Source: Tubiluchus corallicola (lineage: Eukaryota > Animalia > Priapulida). Taken from it: 64,000 bases of DNA. Below the pieces are notes generated by a model. It did not search any database. It was not told the origin of the DNA and was given only the letters and a program-made list of their open reading frames with translations. The stretch is from contig JAQGDQ010000027.1 in assembly GCA_030141605.1 (NCBI GenBank), positions 434,001 to 498,000 on the forward strand, read 5' to 3'. Made by a program: the position numbers and the translations under genes. This document shows, piece by piece, positions 57,701-64,000 of the stretch (positions are counted from its first letter, which is position 1; each line of letters starts with the position of its first letter).

Positions 57701-60108
57701 ACTACATAACCAAAATGTTTGCTGTAGTGTTCTACTCGATTTATCAGTAGTCACACCTATAAACCGTTCCTCCATGAAATAATACGGGTAATAGAGCCTG
57801 ACATCTAATGATAAAATGAACGATATCAAATGAAAATTGTGAGAATCACATGATAATAATAACTGCCTAGTTTATTATTCATAATCTAGGATAAATGAGA
57901 AAAATAGGATTGGAATTATATTATACCCTTATAAGGACCAGCGCTATGTGACTAGTGGTTGGTCAGCGATCTATGTAGTTTAATTGATTAATCAAGCCTG
58001 CATTCAAACTTGTAATTAAAGAAAAACATGTTATTTTAAATATGATTCTACACTATTTTATTTTTGTACTAACAAATAGGAAGTAACTCTTACACTTGCA
58101 CAAAATTCTGCAAATTCAATGAAAAATTGCTGACTTTAAACTGCTATCAAATAGCCTATTAAGTGCCAATATTAGTGAATTGATTTTCTTTCATTTATAT
58201 AAGGTGCTGCTCCTTTGTTAGTTCTGGGAATAGTTGATTAGCAAGACATCTTTAGGCTAGGGCATATCAAGATTGGCTCATGACCTCACTCACCATTCAT
58301 GGCCCATCCCTGTTGCAAAATTTGTTTTTCACTTAAATTTGTTTGCATGATTCTACACTGCTTCACACTTTAGGGTTGGGTGTACAATGTACTTCCGTAC
58401 TTTGGAAAGTTTGTAGCTGTCTTATTCTCCGGCTGGCTCGGAGACAAGTTGCTGAAGATGGGAAACTCAGTGGAATTCACCAGAAAGTTATTAGAAGTGA
58501 GTAATACTTTTATATCTCCATTCAAATTTTTTAAATTCTTCACTTTTACTTTCTTTGTAATCCTGGTGAATCACTATAAAGTTCAAACAGATTGCATAAA
58601 TTAAAATGTAGTTAAATTAAAATGTTATTTGTGGTATTTTAAAAAAGGAGCTATTTTTGGACATATATTTAACATATTTTGATATAGATTTTATGTTTTT
58701 AGTAATGCCATGTTCTTTTGTTTTCACTTGCCTGATGTGTTACAAATTATTTTTTTGGCTAAATATGTTATTCTATTATTTGAACACTAGGTTGCCACTT
58801 TTCAATACACTGTACTGAAATCTCTAAGTACATTTTACTATTAATATTTTTAGTATTTCATTGATGTAGGTTGATAAGAAAATAGTTAATCTATGTTTGG
58901 TTAAGATTATTTGCGCATAATTGAAAATGTGTGTTATAATGACAATTTTTAGTGCAAGGCAATTATTGTGTTGCAGACCATCTCTGGTTTAGGTGGTGCA
59001 TTTTTCCTCATTTGCCTTAGTTCATCAACTAGCTACTATGGAGCATTATTGTGCGTTGTGGGTATTTTGATGTCACTAAGCTTTCATAATAGTGGAGTGA
59101 TGTGCAATCCACACGATATCGCTCCAAGGTATGCGGGATCCGTTTTTGGTAAGTAAAAAATTACATGGAATCTCACTTTAATAGTCATGCACTTAGTACA
59201 TGCCACTTAGCACTCGAACTGAATTGATCAGAGTTAAAACGATCAGGTTGAATTGTCTTTCAGGATAGACTAATTCCCCAGTGTCACTCATAATATTTAT
59301 AGAGCAGTTTAGTTTGTCCCTTAAAAGGTATAATATGCTACCCTTAATGCAGCATGTTTTATATGGGATTTTCTTGAGAAGTGTATTAACCTTGTGCCAC
59401 CCGGAGTTATAACCATGGTGAACAGTTAAAGAAAGAGAGATTTAGACCATCTGACCACATTACCAAGCTTCATATAGTTAATGGAGAACTGAATTGTGTA
59501 TTGTATTGCCTTTGCCACATACGTTCATTATGGGGAACTTTTCTGTATCGCACAGATATCAAATGCTTGGGAGTTTGAGAGTGCGAAGGAAATCATGTGG
59601 TTTCTTTGTTATTGTTATGATTATTTTTATTATTAATAACATTGTTATTATTTTGTTTTTAATGCTCAGAACCTATAACATATACATGTTTTTTCTGATG
59701 TGTCGTTTCATTATACACTGTAATTGTATGTTTTTTGTATGCAGTAGATCACATAAAATGACAAATATGACACTCAGCAAGTTTCATAAATATTGCATAG
59801 TATTGCAACTACTTGTATTCTTTTTTGTTACTCAACTTCTTAATCAGTATTTTAAGTATTACTCATCCATCCATCTTAAATGTCCTCAGTCAGATTGTCA
59901 AAACAGCTTTTGTTCATTTTTGTACATTCTTACAGGTATCATGAACATGGGGGCAGCAATACCAGGTTTCATCGGGGTGTATATAACAGGGTACATATTG
60001 AATACTACTCAAAGTTGGGCATTTGTCTTCAATTCCACAGCCGTTATCGTACTGATTGGCTTAGTTACATTCATTATTTTTGGAACTGGTAAGAAGATTG
60101 TGGACTAA
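48797..60108 (+). CDS. SLC17A9: SLC17A9 / vesicular nucleotide transporter (VNUT)-like MFS protein. Exons approx. 48797-48921, 54338-54464, 55007-55226, 56047-56146, 56266-56339, 57050-57218, 57383-57479, 58374-58496, 58977-59148, 59936-60108
   Basis: In-frame GT-AG exons give QWNRAERNIW..LYCCRTTMPLC..FHWTKRDAGTILSSFFWGYSMTQIFGGWLSDRVGGDRV..FSRVVVGAAQGVHYP..SWIPTYFHEHYPDAKGWVYNVLP..NPHDIAPRYAGSVFGIMN..FGTGKKIVD. This parallels human SLC17A9 (QWSRPECQAW, LSSFFWGY, FPDAKGWIFNVVP, DLAPSCAGFLFG). The start ATG could be 48797 or 48851. Confidence 0.9.
48954..53332. mobile_element. piggyBac-like non-autonomous element, interrupted by a CR1 LINE
   Basis: TTAA|CCCTTTCACTA at 48950-48964 and TAGTGAAAGGG|TTAA at 53322-53336 give an 11-bp perfect TIR with CCC/GGG ends and a TTAA target duplication. 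Confidence 0.75.
48973..52485 (-). mobile_element. Near full-length but inactivated CR1-clade non-LTR retrotransposon (ORF1 with PHD finger; ORF2 endonuclease-RT)
   Basis: ORF1 from 52344 has a PHD-like finger (CKLC..LYCDYCEWWSCTRC..WFCPGRC) followed by a coiled coil. ORF2 begins with the APE-type motif VYTNADCLSNK..PHIVVATE (~51150). RT motifs follow: NYRPVSLTSVVCKVMEK, QYGF, VYMDFEKAFDTVTH, LFVDDTKL, EKDVGV, LVRPHLEF, RRLRGDMIEAYKI, TRGHSLKL, FKRRLD. The 3' tail is ATAAGG-like. Many stops and frameshifts. Confidence 0.92.
55556..55922 (+). mobile_element. Partial copy of the pogo/Tigger-like element also found at 41490-42386
   Basis: TA|CAGTAGGCGCCGCTTAATAGACTCACTTTGGGA..TGACCCAATT.ACCGACTGA..GAAGTATGAGTCAT..AATGAATTTTAGAAAC is colinear with the reverse complement of 42043-42386. 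Confidence 0.75.
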
Positions 60109-60524
60109 AAGAATAATTTAACTGGCAAAAGCATATATGTGTTTAAGTAACTATAATCTGCTATATGTTGTACGTAGTTTCACAGAAATACCCCTTTAAA
60201 ATATACTTTTTACACTTACAAATTTTTGAACAAGTCATTCTTAATTCCACTAATCATGTAATCATTTGTGAAGAAAGAGCTCAAAAATAAAAAAAGGGAT
60301 TCCAGACATTTTCTTTACATTTTTCATCTTAAAATTTCATAAAGCATGCACATTTATGGTTACTTTTAATCTTACCTAAATGTATCCACGGCAACGGAAG
60401 TTCCACGGCCACTCCGGCAACCGAACGGCACAAAGGCGGATTGTATTAGCCACTAGTTGGAGACGGTCTTTACTGCACACTTCTTTTAATACTAGGTACC
60501 ATAATTTTTTACACATGTTGATCC

Positions 60525-61135
60525 TAACTGTTATAAATAGGGTGGTACATAACCTTTTGCTAGGGGATACAGCAACGAGTAACAGTACAGAACAATTTAT
60601 TGCATAAAAGTAGGTTCAAATAATTGCAAAAAATTTGTAGTATCATGCTTTCAAAATTTGGTGTTGAAGCCTCATAGGCCACACACAGCTTGTAATCTTG
60701 AGGGGTATGATTGGAGCAGTAATTTGAAGAAGAGATCAAGATCCTCCAACACATTTTGTAGATGTCTCACAAGTGCACTTGTCTGGTGATACTTGTATGA
60801 TGATCAGTGATATGTTTTTTTATTACCTTAGCAACCCATCTGTCTTTTAGGATAGCACCAGTGTGTTTAGCAGGGTTGAAATCTAATGATTTCCAAGCCA
60901 TTCAATTCAGTCAAAAATATTAATCACAGTTTTCAGGTCACTGCTTCAATCATACCCTCTGAAGATTGTAGGTTGTGCAAGAAGTATGGGGCCTATGCAC
61001 CAAACTTTGAAGGCACGATAGATTTGAAATTGTCTGAACAACACTTTGATGTAACAAATTGTTCTGTACTATTGCTCGTTATTTTATGGCCCTCTAGCAA
61101 ATGGTTATGTATGTATCATGTACTTATAATTTAGT
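60525..61135. repeat. Long imperfect inverted repeat (fold-back), arms ~200 bp or more
   Basis: The reverse complement of 60540-60730 aligns with 60930-61115, e.g. actgct(c/t)caatcataccc, caccaaa(t/c)tttgaa(a/g)gca(t/c)gata, aaattgttctgtact(g/a)tt(a/g)ctcgtt and ctagcaaa(a/t)ggttatgta. Confidence 0.9.
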
Positions 61136-62568
61136 AGAATTTCAAATACAGTTTGTACTCTTTGCTGAAAGATGTTTGTTTTAAAACCAAATTTCTCATT
61201 TCTTAAAGCAGACAATAAGATGAAGATATAAGTGCTTTTTTACAAGTGTGTTTTTACATTTACATAACGATGACAGCAATTCACATAGAAACTAGCGTTC
61301 ATTCATCTTTTCTGACACATCTCGTGTCTAAGCACATTTGCAAAGGTGAATGATGCAGATCAACACAAAGTGGTGCGCTTATTTATGTCATTTGTTTTTC
61401 AATTATTCATAAACATGGAAAGCGTCAGAATTCGTGAATAAACACTATTTTATGTGAATTGGTGATATCAATATGTACTTTTCTACAAAGTGTTTTTGCT
61501 ATATTTTTATTCTAACATTTGGATAATTTAAAATACTCACTGGTTGCAGCTGATTTTGTAATGTTTTTCAGATTTTAATCATGCACGTACAAAATTAGTG
61601 TTTTTCTAAGCAGTTTTTAATTTAACACAAAGTAGAAGTGTCATTTAAACACTACCTTTGTAATATGTAATATTATCGTCATTTGGGTTCTGATGTGCAT
61701 TTACATGAAAAATGGAGTGGTATGCACGAATTTGCCAGTGCATTTGTAAATTAGTGGCCTAAATATATGCCTACCATTCTGAATTAATCTAGATATTTTA
61801 TTTGCGTAAGAGGCATTGGGTCATGAATTTATCATTTATATTATTGAATATTAAATTTTATTAATTTAATTGTAATGTAAAATTATTTTGGTGAAGATTT
61901 TTGTAAATATTTAAAGGAAGCTTATTTGTTATAAGGCTGGTATAAATAAATCATTTTTAAAACTTACCAAGGTTTTGGTAATATATGTTAATAAGTTTCA
62001 GTCTGAAAGAACAGCTGCAATGTAGTAATTTTATATACTAAATACCAATATTATTACCGGGCTCCACAAAAGTGGACTAAGTAAACTAAGATGACAGTAT
62101 TGAAAATTTTGAATCAAAGTTGTAATATTTCAGTATTCTACAGGTGAAGATGTTTTTACTTTTCTCCTGCAAGGCAAAGGCACTCAGAGGTATAAGCTTG
62201 GTTCTTAGCACCACACAACAAGTGTTTTTACAGGAGTGTACTGAACAAACTGGAATCCCTAAATATACTTGGAAGCTGCTTTCCTTTTTTGTTTGTCAGT
62301 AAAATCTCTTAAGTTCCGTCAGCCCGCAATGCTCCAAACAACTGCACAGAGTATGCAAAAACCTTTGATCAGCATTTAGGCATACTTATGTGCTATGTAA
62401 TACATATACAGGTTTTATAGAAACCTTGTATTTACAAAATTTTTGTTGTACGATTCTTACATTACAACCTCATCTCCTTAACAGCTGAATAAAAACAATT
62501 ATGAGAAATTGTTTTGACAATTGTGATGTAGCGCATGGGACTGACGGGAGCATTTACTCTGCAACTTA

Positions 62569-62637
62569 CTGAAGGACCAATGTATGATTACAGCTCCAAA
62601 CAGCAGTGAGATGTTGGAGTTGCATGATTTCATTCAG
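62569..62637 (+). other. SECIS-like RNA stem-loop (candidate only)
   Basis: ATGA-N11-AA-N25-GA spacing, with a TGAT/TGAT quartet, helix II tacagctcca/tggagttgca and helix I ctgaagga/tcattcag. No associated selenoprotein ORF was found. Confidence 0.4.
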
Positions 62638-62731
62638 ATTTCTTTTACGACATTTCTAGAGAACTAGAAATGGTTATTTACATGCTAAATTCTGCCTAAA
62701 AAATAACATTAAATATAAATGTGTAGTTTTA

Positions 62732-63739
62732 TTAAAAAACAAAAGAAAATGATTTATATTTTATATTTGTACTAATATCAATTTTCCAGCTGCTTCCTGC
62801 TGTGGCCAGCACTTTAAAGTTGTTATCAGGCGTATTGTTAACTTGTATATCATAAGTCCTTGCAGAACACGGAACTTCTGCAGTAAGATCTCCATTAATG
62901 CTCCAGTGAAGAATATTGGGTTGGCTTCCACCAGATATTATCACGTCTTCGTAGAACAGCACTCGATACTGACACATGTCAGGTTTCAAAAATGTGCCAG
63001 CAGGCTGCGCTAAAGAACGTGTGTGCCACAATGACAATGAAGGTCCCCCTCCACAAACCAACCAATCATCGCCTTGATCAGATGCAACACAAGAGATCCA
63101 TTTACCGATCTTTGGTCTGCTGCAAGAATCGTGCTTGAAGGGTTCTATCAAATTTACAGCTTCTTCATTGTTTCTAACATCCCAAATGCGTACACTTCCA
63201 TCCTCACTACCAGAGATTAATTCCCTACTTGTGTTTTTGGCAGTTAAGCAGTGAATATAATCTGTGTGTCCTTTAAAAGTTGACACTAAACTTCCAGACT
63301 CTAACTCCCATCCGTAGATGTTGCAGTCGCCGCAGCCGGCATACACTGTTGAGTCGGCAGCAGCTTTCATGAGCGTAATCCCGTTTGTTTCTGGACTTTC
63401 AAAACTGTCCCCTCTTGGAATAGATAAAGACCATGCAACTTTTGCAGCTTTGTCAATTATATCTTTCCAACGCCATCCTAACACATCGCCTGTACCAGCA
63501 CTTATAAGGAACGTTTCATTAGATGCTAGGCTATATATAGGACCATCATGACCAGCGAAAATGTATACTGGTTTTCGTTCAGCTTCAGCACCAGTCTTGC
63601 TCAAAGCAGTAGCTAGGTTGTACAATGCTATATTACCAAAATTATTGGCAGCAACCAGGTATTTACCACAAGGCGAAAACTGCACAGCATAAATGGTAGT
63701 ATGCAACTGAATATAAGGATCTTGTTTAACTTCTGTCAT
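62732..63739 (-). CDS. THOC6: THO complex subunit 6 (WD40-repeat, TREX mRNA export), single coding exon, 335 aa
   Basis: Uninterrupted ORF with THOC6-type motifs: FSPCGKYLVAANNFGNIA, AGHDGPIYSL, FKGHTDYIHCL, SGSEDGSVRIWD, CSRPKIGKWISC, DWLVCGGGPSLSLWH and AGSSWKID. A splice-acceptor-like tttcattctag lies just upstream (~63765), suggesting a 5'UTR intron. Confidence 0.92.
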   Translation of the reverse strand: MTEVKQDPYIQLHTTIYAVQFSPCGKYLVAANNFGNIALYNLATALSKTGAEAERKPVYIFAGHDGPIYSLASNETFLISAGTGDVLGWRWKDIIDKAAKVAWSLSIPRGDSFESPETNGITLMKAAADSTVYAGCGDCNIYGWELESGSLVSTFKGHTDYIHCLTAKNTSRELISGSEDGSVRIWDVRNNEEAVNLIEPFKHDSCSRPKIGKWISCVASDQGDDWLVCGGGPSLSLWHTRSLAQPAGTFLKPDMCQYRVLFYEDVIISGGSQPNILHWSINGDLTAEVPCSARTYDIQVNNTPDNNFKVLATAGSSWKIDISTNIKYKSFSFVF

Positions 63740-64000
63740 GTTTCGGTAATTTTAATGTAGCGTCCTAGAATGAAAATAAGAATTTTAATGTGAACTGTCG
63801 GAAATGTCCAAATCAAACAGTTGTCAATGGCATTTGTTTTTCTGAAATACTATATTCTGCACAAATCTATATTTTCCTTGAATTATTTTTTAATTTTCTG
63901 GGCATGTATAGTCAATAATGCCAAGTTTGATAGAGGTGTTCTCAATGAGGTATGCACTTGAGCTTTTTCACTCATGTTCACATAACTGAAGTTTCATTTG

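Noticed and set aside
59494-59935. N-terminal part of the 204-aa ORF as a separate membrane protein
   Set aside because: It is a T-rich intron read in frame with the true last SLC17A9 exon, which starts at the acceptor at 59936.
60376-60475. Minus-strand exon or small gene in a GC-rich patch
   Set aside because: The reading ends in a stop at the donor-like site and resembles no known protein. The cggcaac/acggc repeats suggest a transposon remnant.

Overview
This is AT-rich, intron-rich eukaryotic DNA, most likely from an invertebrate animal, so most entries in the six-frame ORF track are exon fragments or noise. Four host genes can be reconstructed by hand from GT-AG splice sites and recalled protein similarity. 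(1) The 3' part of a tektin-2/tektin-B1-like gene (+, 423-3321). (2) Nucleoprotein TPR/Megator (-, about 47 coding exons, 3867-47112). (3) An SLC17A9/VNUT-like nucleotide transporter (+, 48797-60108), divergent from TPR. (4) THOC6 with an intronless CDS (-, 62732-63739). The introns hold many non-autonomous DNA transposons (hAT, Tc1/mariner, pogo/Tigger-like, piggyBac-like), a tRNA-Val-derived SINE, CR1-type LINE remnants and two minisatellites. The best leads are a canonical-looking SECIS element with no identifiable selenoprotein ORF (62569-62637, +), a decayed CR1 LINE nested in a TTAA-flanked piggyBac-like element just inside SLC17A9 intron 1, a ~600-bp fold-back repeat downstream of SLC17A9, a structured candidate ncRNA in a TPR intron, and a tandem exon duplication in TPR. 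I see no firm evidence of a wholly new biological system. Gene identities rest on remembered motifs rather than database searches, and exon coordinates were read by eye.
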